A stretch of DNA of 64,000 nucleotides. It comes from Bacteroidia bacterium. Lineage in GTDB: Bacteria; Bacteroidota; Bacteroidia; AKYH767-A; OLB10. The notes below the pieces were generated by a model. The model made no database searches. It saw nothing but the letters and a program-made list of their open reading frames with translations, and was not told where the DNA came from. Location: positions 6,261 to 70,260 of the forward strand of contig JBBRAW010000002.1 of the NCBI GenBank assembly GCA_038206385.1. Direction: 5' to 3'. Both the position numbers and the translations under genes were made by a program. This document shows positions 39,509-50,457 of this stretch, in pieces; positions within the stretch are counted from its first letter, which is position 1, and each line of letters begins with the position of its first letter.

Positions 39509-41671
39509 TTATTTCAACAATTGAAAAGCTATCAAGCTAGAAACGTACGCCAATACAGCCATATAACTGAATTGGATTATTGGCCATTTCCATCCACCTG
39601 TTTCTCGTCGAACAACAGCCATCGTACTCATACATTGCATCGCAAAAGCATAAAATAACATCAACGACCAACCAACCGCAGGTGTATATCTAGGACCACC
39701 AGTTTCTGGATTTATTTCTGCCTGCATCTTATCACGAATCGTCATACTTTCACCTTTCTGACCAACACTATAAATTGTACTCATCGTACCAACAAAAACT
39801 TCACGAGCAGCGAATGATGTTACAAGTGCAATTCCAATTTTCCAATCAAAGCCCAATGGTTTTATTACAGGCTCTAGCAGATGACCCATCTTACCTGCAT
39901 ACGACGATTCGAGTCGTTGGGCTTGTAAATGATAACTAACATCAGTAGCTAATGATCCTGCAACATCCATCGAGTCTATTTGCGCATTAAGCATATTGTA
40001 TTTTTCACCTGGTCCACGTGATGATAAGAACCATAAAATAATACTGATCGCGATAATTACTTTTCCTGCATCAAATAAAAATATACGAATCTTTTCTACG
40101 ATTGCATAAACAATATTCGACCACCGTGGCATTCGATAAACTGGAATCTCCATAATGAAATATGCTTTCTCTTTGGCTTTCACAAACCAATGCATAAATG
40201 CTGCTGATCCTATCGCTGCTAAGAAACCAATCAAGTACAATGACATCATCACTAATCCTTGTAAATTAAAAATTCCAAACAACATTTTTTGTGGAATAAT
40301 TAAAGCAATCAATAAAGTATAAACGGGTAATCGAGCCGAACAACTCATCAATGGAGTTACCATAATGGTGATAATTCTTTCTTTCCAACTTCCAATTGTT
40401 CGCGTAGAAAGTATTGCAGGAACCGCACACGCAACACCACTAATTAATGGAATAACTGATCGACCATTTAATCCAAATTTACGCATCAATTTATCCATTA
40501 AAAAACTTACTCGTGCCATGTAACCAGTATCTTCCAAGATAGCAATGAACGTAAATAGTAATGCGATTTGTGGAATGAAAATAATGATTCCGCCAATACC
40601 AGCAAGTACACCATTAACAATTAAATCATTGAGCACTCCCTTGGGTAAAAGAGTATGTACTTGTCCACTAAAACCTGCAAAGGTTTGATCAATAAAGTTC
40701 ATTGGAAAACTTGCCAAACTAAAGATAGCTTGAAACATCAAAAATAAAATTCCTAGAAAACAAACATAACCCCAGAAGCGGTGCATTAAAACACGATCGA
40801 TACGTTTAGTGGAAGAAGGCTTTTGAATTTCTTGGCTCTGAACAGTGCAATCTTTAATAATTTCATGAATAACTTTATAGCGCTCTAATGTTTCAAAGGA
40901 TTGAATTTTTATTCCTTCAAAGACATAAAGTTTTGTCAAGTCAAGTATTGATTCTTTTTGTTTTGTTGAAATATGAAAATCTTCAAGCGAATCAGCGTGG
41001 TGAGCAATTTGTAATGCTGCATAATCACTACGTAAATTCAGTTGTTCACGAATGCCTTTAAATACTTTTGGTGCTAAATCTTTTGTTTCAAAAATATCAT
41101 GATCAGGAACAGTGAGATTTAACAATAATATTTGACGAAGTTCTTCTAACCCTTCTTCTTTACGTGCATTGATAGGAATTACACGAACACCTAATCGTAA
41201 TTCGAGATCTTTAATATTGATATCAAGTCCTTGTTCTTTTACAAGGTCCATCATGTTTAATGCAAGTACTGCAGGAATTTTTAAATCAATAACTTGAGAT
41301 GCTAAAAATAAACTGCGTTTTAAATTTGTTCCATCAGCTATTAAGATGACCATGTCTGGATGATTTTCATCACCCGGATCACATAACACATGAAATGGAA
41401 TTCTTTCATCAGGTGATTTAGGATACAAACTATAAGTCCCTGGTAAATCAGTAATCTCAAAATTTGTTGGGTCGCCTGTCGCAGAATTATAAATTTTACA
41501 ACGACCTGTTTTCTTCTCAACAGTTACTCCAGGAAAATTTGCAATCTTTTGGTTGAGACCAGTAAGAATATTGAATAACGTACTTTTTCCGCTGTTAGGA
41601 TTTCCTACTAGAGAAATTTTTACTTGTTTTTTATTAACGGACCTTGCCGGATTTTCAACTTCTTGTAACAA
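39509..41671 (-). CDS. feoB: Ferrous iron transporter FeoB (exact start uncertain)
   Basis: GNPNSGKS, NFPGVTVE, DLPG, NMMD, LEDTGYMAR and PLMSCSARLP. Confidence 0.95.
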   Translation of the reverse strand: MLQEVENPARSVNKKQVKISLVGNPNSGKSTLFNILTGLNQKIANFPGVTVEKKTGRCKIYNSATGDPTNFEITDLPGTYSLYPKSPDERIPFHVLCDPGDENHPDMVILIADGTNLKRSLFLASQVIDLKIPAVLALNMMDLVKEQGLDINIKDLELRLGVRVIPINARKEEGLEELRQILLLNLTVPDHDIFETKDLAPKVFKGIREQLNLRSDYAALQIAHHADSLEDFHISTKQKESILDLTKLYVFEGIKIQSFETLERYKVIHEIIKDCTVQSQEIQKPSSTKRIDRVLMHRFWGYVCFLGILFLMFQAIFSLASFPMNFIDQTFAGFSGQVHTLLPKGVLNDLIVNGVLAGIGGIIIFIPQIALLFTFIAILEDTGYMARVSFLMDKLMRKFGLNGRSVIPLISGVACAVPAILSTRTIGSWKERIITIMVTPLMSCSARLPVYTLLIALIIPQKMLFGIFNLQGLVMMSLYLIGFLAAIGSAAFMHWFVKAKEKAYFIMEIPVYRMPRWSNIVYAIVEKIRIFLFDAGKVIIAISIILWFLSSRGPGEKYNMLNAQIDSMDVAGSLATDVSYHLQAQRLESSYAGKMGHLLEPVIKPLGFDWKIGIALVTSFAAREVFVGTMSTIYSVGQKGESMTIRDKMQAEINPETGGPRYTPAVGWSLMLFYAFAMQCMSTMAVVRRETGGWKWPIIQFSYMAVLAYVSSLIAFQLLK

Positions 41672-41680
41672 AACGTCTAA

Positions 41681-41920
41681 TTAGCTAAGAATTCTAACAA
41701 TTACAGTATCCGCTTCATCAGTTCGAATGCTAAGTACCGAACCAGAAACACTTATCGCCATCGGGCAACCGAGGGGTGCAAAACGATCAACAGTGATCAC
41801 TTCCCCTGGCAAACAACCCATTTCTAAAAGCTTTTGTTTCATCTGCTCATCAGTAAACGACTCAATAACGCAACTATCCCCTTTGCGGAGATCTGAAAGT
41901 CGAATTATTTTGTTTTTCAT
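41681..41920 (-). CDS. feoA: FeoA
   Basis: 79 aa with KLLEMGCLPG and APLGCP; directly upstream of feoB. Confidence 0.92.
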   Translation of the reverse strand: MKNKIIRLSDLRKGDSCVIESFTDEQMKQKLLEMGCLPGEVITVDRFAPLGCPMAISVSGSVLSIRTDEADTVIVRILS

Positions 41921-41929
41921 GATGCCTTA

Positions 41930-41946
41930 TTTAGAATGATTCTAAA
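41930..41946. promoter_or_regulatory. Palindromic operator, probable Fur-type iron box
   Basis: Perfect 8-1-8 inverted repeat TTTAGAAT-G-ATTCTAAA 9 bp upstream of the feoA ATG, just downstream of a -7-like TATCTTAG (41955-41962, - strand). Confidence 0.75.
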
Positions 41947-42069
41947 AGCGATGCTAAGATATGCAATAGCTTTTGCTACTTGGCACTAATAATTCGATTT
42001 TTCGAGATGTATCTAAACATCAATTACTTAATTGTAGATGATATTTCTCAGTAATACAATGGATGCCTC

Positions 42070-42201
42070 TTAACGTCTTCCGTGTTTAACATTGGTGTGA
42101 TTAAAATGTGGGCAATTGCATTTTTTCTTGAAAAGTCCGCAGCCCGAACTCAGCATAATTAGTATACCAAAAAGAGCAAGGATTTTTACCATTTTTAACA
42201 T
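42070..42201 (-). CDS. Uncalled small lipoprotein, 43 aa (40 aa if ATG 42192)
   Basis: MLKMVKILALFGILIMLSSG-CGLFKKKCNCPHFNHTNVKHGRR: basic n-region, hydrophobic h-region, lipobox and CxCPH motif. Consensus -7 TAACTTTG at 42206-42213. Confidence 0.75.
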   Translation of the reverse strand: MLKMVKILALFGILIMLSSGCGLFKKKCNCPHFNHTNVKHGRR

Positions 42202-42244
42202 GCTTCAAAGTTAAGGATAATGGTTGATGAGAAATGGGATATGT

Positions 42245-43891
42245 TTAATCAATCTTACTGGAAACAAACAATCCAGTAAACTTGAAAGTTTCACCATCAA
42301 ATAATCCTTTATCACTTAGTTTTAATTGAGGAATCACCAATAACGCCATAAACGATAATGTCATGTACGGAGCACGAAGTTTTGAACCCATCAACTTCGT
42401 TTGTTTGTCGATTTTTTCATAGGCATGTCCAATGGTTTCACAATCTTGATCACTCATTAATCCAGCAATGGGTAATGCAATTGACATCTCCAAATCTGCA
42501 TCTACTAAACTTAATCCTCCAGTATGTTTGATCAATAAATTAACTGCTCGCATTATTGATTCATCATCTGCACCAACTGCAATTATGTTATGCGAATCAT
42601 GTGCAACACTAGATGCAATAGCACCACGTTTTAATTCAAAATTTTTAATGAATGCAAAGGAGGGCGCCGAATTATTATATCGATTTACAACAACCATCTT
42701 TAATAAATCTCTTTCAGCATCAGCAACAGCAAAGTCATTTTCTATTTTCACTTTTTCATGTAATTCACGAGTGATTAACTGTCCATCTAATGCTTCGATT
42801 ACACGAATGTTTTCTCCATCAGCGCGAAGTTGAAACTCATTAATTATTTTCGACGATGTTTTAAAATTATTTATGATCGCATGCTTTTTAGGCGCTAAAA
42901 AACATACACCGTTTTCTGCAACAACTTCACCGTTTATTACAGTCATATTCACATGAAAATCTTTTAAATTATTCACAACGATAAAATCTGCTGGATCATT
43001 TGGTTGAAGCAATCCAACATTTAGTTTGTAATGTTTTACGGCATTTACACAAGCAACATTTAATACATCAAATAATTCGTAACCCAAATCAATTGCACGC
43101 TTCACATGCGCATTGATATGATTCAATAATAATTCATCTGGATGTTTGTCGTCGCAACAAAACATACACATCGAAGGATGACTTTTTAGTAAAGGATGCA
43201 AAGCTTCAAAGTTTCTTGCTGCAGAGCCTTCGCGAATTAAAATTTTCATTCCATGATTCACTTTTTCTAAAGCTTCTTCAAGCGTGAAACATTCATGATC
43301 GGTACTTATTCCTGCAGCAATATAATTCGCTGCATCATCTCCTCTTAAACCGGGAGCATGTCCATCAACAGGTTTTCCTAAACGATGTGCTATCGCAATT
43401 TTTTTCATCACTTCTGGATCCTTAAAAAGCACACCAGGATAATTCATCATCTCACTCAAATAAACGATGTCATCGCGCATCAACAATTCTTCAACAGCTT
43501 TCGAATCTAAAATAGCTCCAGAAGTTTCGAAACTTGTTGCTGGTACACATGAAGGAGCTCCGAAATTAAATTTCAACTTCGCTTCTTTGGCATTTTCTAA
43601 CATGTAATAAACTCCTTCCATTCCATTCACATTCGCAATTTCATGAGGATCACTTACTGTTGAAACGGTTCCATGTTTTAAAGCAACACGGGCAAACTCA
43701 TACGGAGTAAGCATCGAACTCTCAATGTGAATATGTGCATCCACAAATCCAGGCATGATAAAAATGTTTGATGGTGCTTCTCCCTCTTCAAAACGCAAAA
43801 TCCTGCCATCTTTTATAAATAGTGTTCCGGACATAATTTTTCGGTTAAGTACATCTATCACCTGACCACTAATTTGCTGGATGTTGCGCAT
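42245..43891 (-). CDS. ade: Adenine deaminase
   Basis: PGFVDAHIHIESS, DPHEIAN, DGHAPG, TDHEC and SSVAHDSHN; -7 TACCTTTG at 43908-43915. Confidence 0.95.
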   Translation of the reverse strand: MRNIQQISGQVIDVLNRKIMSGTLFIKDGRILRFEEGEAPSNIFIMPGFVDAHIHIESSMLTPYEFARVALKHGTVSTVSDPHEIANVNGMEGVYYMLENAKEAKLKFNFGAPSCVPATSFETSGAILDSKAVEELLMRDDIVYLSEMMNYPGVLFKDPEVMKKIAIAHRLGKPVDGHAPGLRGDDAANYIAAGISTDHECFTLEEALEKVNHGMKILIREGSAARNFEALHPLLKSHPSMCMFCCDDKHPDELLLNHINAHVKRAIDLGYELFDVLNVACVNAVKHYKLNVGLLQPNDPADFIVVNNLKDFHVNMTVINGEVVAENGVCFLAPKKHAIINNFKTSSKIINEFQLRADGENIRVIEALDGQLITRELHEKVKIENDFAVADAERDLLKMVVVNRYNNSAPSFAFIKNFELKRGAIASSVAHDSHNIIAVGADDESIMRAVNLLIKHTGGLSLVDADLEMSIALPIAGLMSDQDCETIGHAYEKIDKQTKLMGSKLRAPYMTLSFMALLVIPQLKLSDKGLFDGETFKFTGLFVSSKID

Positions 43892-44039
43892 ATTCTAAAA
43901 TTTTATGCAAAGGTAAAAGGATCGAGGTGAACAAGAAGAAAAAATATAAATGGATTTGTAATCAATATTATTTTTTGCTTACATATATTCTTGAATAATC
44001 CTTAAATTTGGCTGATTCAATACAATTAATTCCAATTCA

Positions 44040-44234
44040 ATGAAAACAGGTAAAGTAAAATTCTTCAACGAGGCCAAGGGATATGGTTTTATTCTTGAAG
44101 ACGAAACAAACAACGAAGTCTTTATTCACCACAGTGGACTAGTCGACAAAGTTCGTGAAAACGATCATGTAAGCTATGATGTTATTGAAGGTAGAAAAGG
44201 GATGAACGCTGTAAACGTAACGAAGATTCAATAG
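44040..44234 (+). CDS. Cold-shock domain protein
   Basis: GKVKFFNEAKGYGFI (RNP1) and VFIH (RNP2); -7 TAAATTTG at 44003-44010. Confidence 0.95.
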   Translation: MKTGKVKFFNEAKGYGFILEDETNNEVFIHHSGLVDKVRENDHVSYDVIEGRKGMNAVNVTKIQ

Positions 44235-44258
44235 TTAATTGCTTCTTCCTAAGGTACG

Positions 44259-44290
44259 AATCCCGCTTCACATTTTTGGAGCGGGATTTT
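44259..44290 (+). terminator. Intrinsic terminator after the csp gene
   Basis: AATCCCGCTTCA-CATTTT-TGGAGCGGGATT followed by T residues. Confidence 0.7.
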
Positions 44291-44383
44291 CGCTTTTAAA
44301 TGTTATGATTTAAACATCATCACTAATTTTCATAAGCAACTATTTTTTCGGAAAATGCTATCTCTTTCCTTAATACTTTTGCA

Positions 44384-46498
44384 ATGCTAATGCGCTCACA
44401 AAATTTCTTCGAATCTTCTATCGAATACCTGAAAGGTGTTGGTCCGCAAAGGGCTGAGGTTTTGCGTTCCGAACTAGGAATTAAAACTTTTGGAGATCTC
44501 CTTCGCCATTATCCTTTTCGTTATGTCGATCGTTCAAAATTTTATTCGATAAGCGATATCCGTGAGGATCTTCCCTTCATTCAAATTAAAGGGAAAATTA
44601 TTCGTATTACTCCTCATGGTGATAAACGTACCACCCGACTTTCTGCCATCTTTACGGATGGAGTTGGGCAACTCGAACTCGTTTGGTTTCAAGGAGTGAA
44701 ATGGATGAAAGAGAATCTAAAATTAGGCACTGAATATGTCGTTTTTGGAAAGCCTAATCTTTATAATGGTAAGTTTAATATTGTTCATCCGGAAGTAGAA
44801 GAAAGTGCGAAACTGGAAGGGCAAAATGGTCCATCATTAGCTGGCGTTTATGCAACTACTGAAAAATGTAAAGCTCGTGGTTTGGATAGTAAAGCAATTT
44901 TGAAATTGCAACGAACAATTCTTTCATCGATGCCGATTTCAATTCCTGAAACGCTTTCTTCAACTATTATTCAACAGAAAAAATTGTTGCCAATACGTGA
45001 AGCGTTAATCAATATTCATATTCCTTCTGATGACGTTTTACTTTCAGCAGCGACTTATCGTTTGAAGTTTGAAGAATTATTTTATATCCAATTGCGATTG
45101 TTAAAAGCAAAAGCTATTCGAACAGATCAATACAAGGGAATGTTGATTAATAAAATTGGTGAACGCTTTAATGAGTTCTATCATCAACATCTTCCATTCG
45201 AATTAACGAATGCACAGAAAAGAGTTTTGAAAGAAATTCGTGCGGATATGGGTACTGGCAAACAAATGAATCGTTTACTTCAAGGTGATGTTGGAAGTGG
45301 TAAAACGATGGTAGCATTGTTAAGTATGTTGATGGTACTTGATAATGGATACCAAGCATGTTTGATGGCTCCAACAGAAATTTTAGCGAGTCAACATTTT
45401 CAATCGATAGCAGAACAACTGCAAAATATGGATTTGAAAATTGGATTGCTTACTGGCAGTACAAAAAAATCTCATCGTGATTTTTTATTGGAAGAATTAA
45501 AAAATGGAAATCTTCAAATTTTAATCGGTACACATGCTTTGATTGAAGATCGGGTGCAGTTTAAAAATTTAGGTTTAGTGGTGATAGATGAACAACATCG
45601 TTTTGGTGTTGAGCAACGCGCAAAGCTGTGGATGAAAGATGCAGAGGTTCCGCACGTATTGGTAATGACTGCTACACCAATTCCACGAACATTAGCAATG
45701 ACGTTGTATGGAGATTTGGATACATCAATTATTGATGAATTACCTCCTGGAAGAAAACCAATAAAAACAATTCATCGCAACGAATCGAATCGTTTAGGTG
45801 TATTTGGTTTTATGAAAGAAGAGATTGCAAAAGGCCGACAGATTTATGTTGTGTACCCATTGATTGAAGAATCAGAAAAGTTGGATTATACAAATCTGAT
45901 GTATGGATTTGAATCTATTTGCAGAGAGTTTCCGATGCCGCAGTATTATGTGAGTATCGTTCATGGTAGGATGAAACCTTCAGAGAAAAATGCAGAGATG
46001 AATCGATTCAAAGAACATCAAACACATATCATGGTTGCAACAACAGTAATTGAAGTTGGTGTAAATATTCCGAATGCATCTGTGATGGTAATTGAAAGTG
46101 CTGAACGTTTTGGATTATCGCAATTGCATCAGCTTCGTGGTAGGGTAGGTCGTGGTGCTGAACAAAGTTTTTGTGTGTTGATGACCGGAAGTAAGTTAAG
46201 TAATGATGCTCGCTTACGAATGAAAACAATGTGTGATACCAATGATGGTTTTGTGATTGCGGAAACGGATTTAAAACTCAGAGGACCTGGCGACATTGCA
46301 GGAACACAACAATCAGGAGTAGTGAATTTACATATCGCTGATCTTGTAAAAGATGTAGCAATCATGGAAGAGGTAAGAATCATCGCCTCAGAAATTCTTC
46401 AAAAAGATCATCAACTTATTTTACCAGAACATCAAGTTTTCAATGAACAACTTTCGATTTTACAGAATGATAAAAGTTATTATAGTAGAGTGAGCTGA
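44384..46498 (+). CDS. recG: ATP-dependent DNA helicase RecG (start possibly ATG 44390)
   Basis: LKGVGP, QGDVGSGKT, DEQHRFGV, MTATPIPRTL and QLHQLRGRVGRG. Confidence 0.97.
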   Translation: MLMRSQNFFESSIEYLKGVGPQRAEVLRSELGIKTFGDLLRHYPFRYVDRSKFYSISDIREDLPFIQIKGKIIRITPHGDKRTTRLSAIFTDGVGQLELVWFQGVKWMKENLKLGTEYVVFGKPNLYNGKFNIVHPEVEESAKLEGQNGPSLAGVYATTEKCKARGLDSKAILKLQRTILSSMPISIPETLSSTIIQQKKLLPIREALINIHIPSDDVLLSAATYRLKFEELFYIQLRLLKAKAIRTDQYKGMLINKIGERFNEFYHQHLPFELTNAQKRVLKEIRADMGTGKQMNRLLQGDVGSGKTMVALLSMLMVLDNGYQACLMAPTEILASQHFQSIAEQLQNMDLKIGLLTGSTKKSHRDFLLEELKNGNLQILIGTHALIEDRVQFKNLGLVVIDEQHRFGVEQRAKLWMKDAEVPHVLVMTATPIPRTLAMTLYGDLDTSIIDELPPGRKPIKTIHRNESNRLGVFGFMKEEIAKGRQIYVVYPLIEESEKLDYTNLMYGFESICREFPMPQYYVSIVHGRMKPSEKNAEMNRFKEHQTHIMVATTVIEVGVNIPNASVMVIESAERFGLSQLHQLRGRVGRGAEQSFCVLMTGSKLSNDARLRMKTMCDTNDGFVIAETDLKLRGPGDIAGTQQSGVVNLHIADLVKDVAIMEEVRIIASEILQKDHQLILPEHQVFNEQLSILQNDKSYYSRVS

Positions 46499-46708
46499 AA
46501 AATAATTCTGAATTCAGATCCGAAGAGATTAAATAAATCAAAAATTAATGAAAAGCTCGAATTACTAAGAAATGGAAAAGTGAATAATATTAAATGGCTC
46601 AAAATGAAATCTATTTTTTATATAATATTTTCGATTTTATCATTCGTTATTTTGCTATTTCTGGTAAAGTTTTTAATTCGCAATACACATTAAGTGCTAG
46701 TCTATTTT

Positions 46709-46756
46709 ATTCCTTTTCATTGCCCATGGTTTAAACCATGGGCGATAAAAAGGAAT
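46709..46756. repeat. Long palindrome, REP-like or bidirectional terminator
   Basis: Perfect 22-bp palindrome GCCCATGGTTTAAACCATGGGC (46722-46743). Arms extend to 24 bp each with one mismatch and one G-T. Lies between convergent recG and purL. Confidence 0.8.
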
Positions 46757-46821
46757 TATTATATTCACTCAAACCATCAATGCGAAAGATTATTTTTTAA
46801 CAAGCTCGTAATTCGTAATTT

Positions 46822-49056
46822 TTAATTCATTAAAATCCCAATAGCATTGTCATACGCATCTTTAAATTCACCAACAGTTCCGTAATTTGTTTCATCAATT
46901 ATGATTTGATCACTAGCTACTTCACCAAGATTTATAAAATCAATTTCGCTATCAGCAACAAGTTCAACGAATGCATCTAATTTGTCAGCATTAACACTTA
47001 CTAAAATTCTGCTTTGAGATTCTCCAAAAAGAAATGCATCCTTACGAAGATCCTCATCCGTTTCAATTTTAAATCCTAATCCATTTGGAAGAGCAGATTC
47101 TAAAAGTGTAATGAATAATCCCCCATCTGAAACATCATGAGCACTTTCAATTAGCCCTTTTGCAATTAAATTCTTCACTAATTGTTGAACATGTAGTTCT
47201 TCTTTTAAATCAAGAAAAGGCGCTGGAGAATTTTTTATCTTGCAATAAGAATATAAATATTCAGAAGAGTTGATATCGTTTCTCGCTGTTCCCAATAAAA
47301 ATAAAGTATCGCATTCTTGTTTGAAATCAAGCGTCATTATTTTTTTCTTATCAGCAACAATTCCTAGCATTCCTATTGTGGGAGTAGGAAATACTGGAAC
47401 TTCACCTTGTTCATTTTTTGATTGATTGTAAAAACTAACGTTACCACCTGTAACTGGTGTTTCAAAAGCTAAACATGCGCTACTCATTCCTTTTATTGAA
47501 TGAACAAATTGCCAATACACTTCAGGATTATAAGGATTTCCAAAATTCAAACAATTTGTAACTGCCGAAGGAGTTCCACCCGCACAAATAATATTTCTTG
47601 CCGCTTCAGCAACAGCAATTGCGCAACCTGTTTCAGGATCTGCATAAACATATCTTGGATTGCAATCTGTAGTTAATGCTAAAGCTTTTTTTGTTCCACG
47701 AACTTCAACTACCGCAGCATCCGAAGGACGATTTGTTGTTAAATTAATTGTTCCTACCATCGAATCATATTGGTTTGTCACCCAACGTTTAGAAGCAATA
47801 TTCGGATGACTCGCCAAATGCATCATCACCGCTTTTAAGTCTTGTGGTTCTTGGACAGTATCAATTTTAAAGGCTTTATTTTTTGCGATGTAAGTAGGCT
47901 CTTTATATTCACGTTGATAAATTGGAGCACCACCACCAAGAACTAAATCATCAGAAGGGATATCAGCTAATAATTCTTCATGCATATAAAAATGCAATCG
48001 ATCACCTTTTGTTACTTCACCAATTTCTGTACAATTTAAATCCCATTTTTCGAATACTTTTCTCACCAAATCTTCTTCACCTTTCTTTACCACAACAAGC
48101 ATTCGTTCTTGTGATTCACTCAACAAAATTTCCCAACCTTTCATATTCGACTGACGCGTTGGAACCTTATCTAAGTAAATACGCATTCCATGTTTACCTT
48201 TCGCCGACATTTCACTTGTTGAACAAATAATTCCTGCCGCACCCATGTCTTGCATCCCGATAACGGCTCCAGTTTTTATAACTTCAAGAGTTGCTTCTAG
48301 TAATAATTTTTCCATAAAAGGATCACCAACTTGAACTGATGGTAAATCTTCGTGTGAGTCTTCGTGCAAATCACCAGAGGCAAATGTAGCTCCATGAATT
48401 CCATCTTTACCAGTTGATGAACCAACAATAAAAACAGTATTTCCTTCACCATATGATGTTGCAGAAACTGTTTCTCCAACTTTTACAATGCCAACCGACA
48501 TTGCATTCACCAAAATATTTACGTTATAACAATCATCAAAAAATACTTCACCACCAACTGTTGGAATTCCAAATGCATTACCATAATCACCAATTCCTTT
48601 TACAACTCCACGCATCAACCATTTTGTTTTTTCTAAAGAGGGATTACCAAAGCGTAAAGAATTTAATTGTGCAATCGGTCGTGCACCCATTGTAAAAATA
48701 TCACGGTTAATTCCACCAACACCAGTAGCTGCACCTTGGTACGGCTCAATAGCAGAAGGATGATTATGCGACTCAATTTTAAATGCACAAGCTAATCCAT
48801 CGCCAATAGCCACTAAGCCCGCATTTTCTTCGCCAGCTTTCGCTAACATGTGAGGGCCGTCTTTCGGAAGTGTCTTCAACCACGTAATCGAATTTTTATA
48901 CGAACAATGCTCCGACCACATCACCGAAAAAATACTTAATTCAGTAAAGTTTGGAGTCCGGCCAAGTATGGTTTTAATTTTTTCAAATTCTTCTGGCAAT
49001 AATCCGAGTTTACTTGCTGTTTCAATCGTGATTTGCTCTTCCGTAGCAGTTGACAT
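46822..49056 (-). CDS. purL: Phosphoribosylformylglycinamidine synthase subunit PurL (small form)
   Basis: [33 protein letters not shown] and GGNVSFYN. Confidence 0.97.
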   Translation of the reverse strand: MSTATEEQITIETASKLGLLPEEFEKIKTILGRTPNFTELSIFSVMWSEHCSYKNSITWLKTLPKDGPHMLAKAGEENAGLVAIGDGLACAFKIESHNHPSAIEPYQGAATGVGGINRDIFTMGARPIAQLNSLRFGNPSLEKTKWLMRGVVKGIGDYGNAFGIPTVGGEVFFDDCYNVNILVNAMSVGIVKVGETVSATSYGEGNTVFIVGSSTGKDGIHGATFASGDLHEDSHEDLPSVQVGDPFMEKLLLEATLEVIKTGAVIGMQDMGAAGIICSTSEMSAKGKHGMRIYLDKVPTRQSNMKGWEILLSESQERMLVVVKKGEEDLVRKVFEKWDLNCTEIGEVTKGDRLHFYMHEELLADIPSDDLVLGGGAPIYQREYKEPTYIAKNKAFKIDTVQEPQDLKAVMMHLASHPNIASKRWVTNQYDSMVGTINLTTNRPSDAAVVEVRGTKKALALTTDCNPRYVYADPETGCAIAVAEAARNIICAGGTPSAVTNCLNFGNPYNPEVYWQFVHSIKGMSSACLAFETPVTGGNVSFYNQSKNEQGEVPVFPTPTIGMLGIVADKKKIMTLDFKQECDTLFLLGTARNDINSSEYLYSYCKIKNSPAPFLDLKEELHVQQLVKNLIAKGLIESAHDVSDGGLFITLLESALPNGLGFKIETDEDLRKDAFLFGESQSRILVSVNADKLDAFVELVADSEIDFINLGEVASDQIIIDETNYGTVGEFKDAYDNAIGILMN

Positions 49057-49135
49057 GGAAATGTTTTTTTGAGTAGTTAAAGATTGCAGCGAAGTTAAAG
49101 ATTCTTAACTCACGTCTTTTTATACCTTTGGCAAA

Positions 49136-50455
49136 ATGTTGGAAATTTTATTGTCATTTATTTATATCCTTATTTTCCTGATAATCATAGGGAAAATGTC
49201 TTTTTTTAAGATGGAAAAGGTGAGTGCTAAAACTTTTCAGCTACTTTTTTTGATAAAGATAGGAGCGGCTGTGCTCCTTTATATGATTTATACGCGCTTT
49301 TATCCAGATCGCGAACATGCAGATATCTTCAAATATTATGATGATTCTGCAATTATTTACAATGCAGCTTTTAGCCATCCATTAGATTTTATTAGGATGT
49401 TTACTGGACTTACTGCGAATTCAAGTGACTTATGGCATTACTATGATGCGATGCACAATTGGTTTAATAGCGAAATGATTTTTAATGATAGTCGTACGAT
49501 GATTCGATTGAATACGCTGTTACGCTTTTTCTCTTTCGGAACGTATTTTCCCCATGCAATAATTATGAGTTTTCTAGCAATGATGGGTCTGACGGGAATA
49601 TTTAAAGTCTTTATTGCTGTTTTACCTAGGAGAGAATTCTTTATGTCAATATTAGTTTATCTCTTACCTTCAACTTTATTATGGAGCTCAGGAATGATTA
49701 AAGAAGCATTCTTAATTTTTTCTATTGGAATGCTAATTTATTGTATTCACATTTATTTGGCAGATAGAAAATTGAATGCAATAAGAATTGCAGGAACATT
49801 CTTTTTTGGATTTTCTTTGTTGTGCATAAAATCCTATGTTTTATTTGCAATAATACCAGGAATTGTAACTTGGATTATTTGCGAAAAATGGCGTGTAAAA
49901 AAGGTAGCTACAGCTTTAATAGTTCATGGAAGTTATTTATTGATATTATTTAATGTGGCATTTATTTTTACACATCATTCTGTGCCAGTATTGTTAAGTA
50001 CAAAGCAAAATGAATTTTATCTTGTTGCAATAAAAGAGCAAGCAAAGAGTATGATTCATTTAAATCAAATGGATGGAACAATTAGCTCTTTAATAAAGAA
50101 TATTCCTGGTGCATTTGCTATTACTTTATTTCGACCATATATAGGGGAGTCAAAAAATCCATTGATACTTATTGCTGCATTTGAGAATGCATTCATTTTA
50201 TTATTTCTAATTATTTGTATTTTGGGATTGCGAAAAAATTGGAATTATAAGATGCCTTCTGTATTTTATTTATGTCTATATTTCAGTATTATTATCTTTG
50301 TTTTGATTGGATTGGTAACACCGATTTTAGGCGCAATTGTTAGGTATAAAGTTCCCGCATTAACCTTTCTGTTATTTGCATTTTTCTGTCTAACGAAAAG
50401 TAAATGGGTGAATTATTGTCCTGAAAAACTTAACGGAATTTTATTTTTTCAATAG
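49136..50455 (+). CDS. Polytopic membrane protein, Wzy/GT-C-like (paralog 1)
   Basis: About 11 hydrophobic segments; ADIFKYYD, LPSTLLWSSGMIKE, LFRP and GAIVRYKVP; -7 TACCTTTG at 49123-49130. Confidence 0.55.
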   Translation: MLEILLSFIYILIFLIIIGKMSFFKMEKVSAKTFQLLFLIKIGAAVLLYMIYTRFYPDREHADIFKYYDDSAIIYNAAFSHPLDFIRMFTGLTANSSDLWHYYDAMHNWFNSEMIFNDSRTMIRLNTLLRFFSFGTYFPHAIIMSFLAMMGLTGIFKVFIAVLPRREFFMSILVYLLPSTLLWSSGMIKEAFLIFSIGMLIYCIHIYLADRKLNAIRIAGTFFFGFSLLCIKSYVLFAIIPGIVTWIICEKWRVKKVATALIVHGSYLLILFNVAFIFTHHSVPVLLSTKQNEFYLVAIKEQAKSMIHLNQMDGTISSLIKNIPGAFAITLFRPYIGESKNPLILIAAFENAFILLFLIICILGLRKNWNYKMPSVFYLCLYFSIIIFVLIGLVTPILGAIVRYKVPALTFLLFAFFCLTKSKWVNYCPEKLNGILFFQ

Positions 50456-50457
50456 AT

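Noticed and set aside
46604-46693. 29-aa hydrophobic ORF MKSIFYIIFSILSFVILLFLVKFLIRNTH
   Set aside because: T-rich intergenic DNA readily gives such peptides; no promoter motif or other support.
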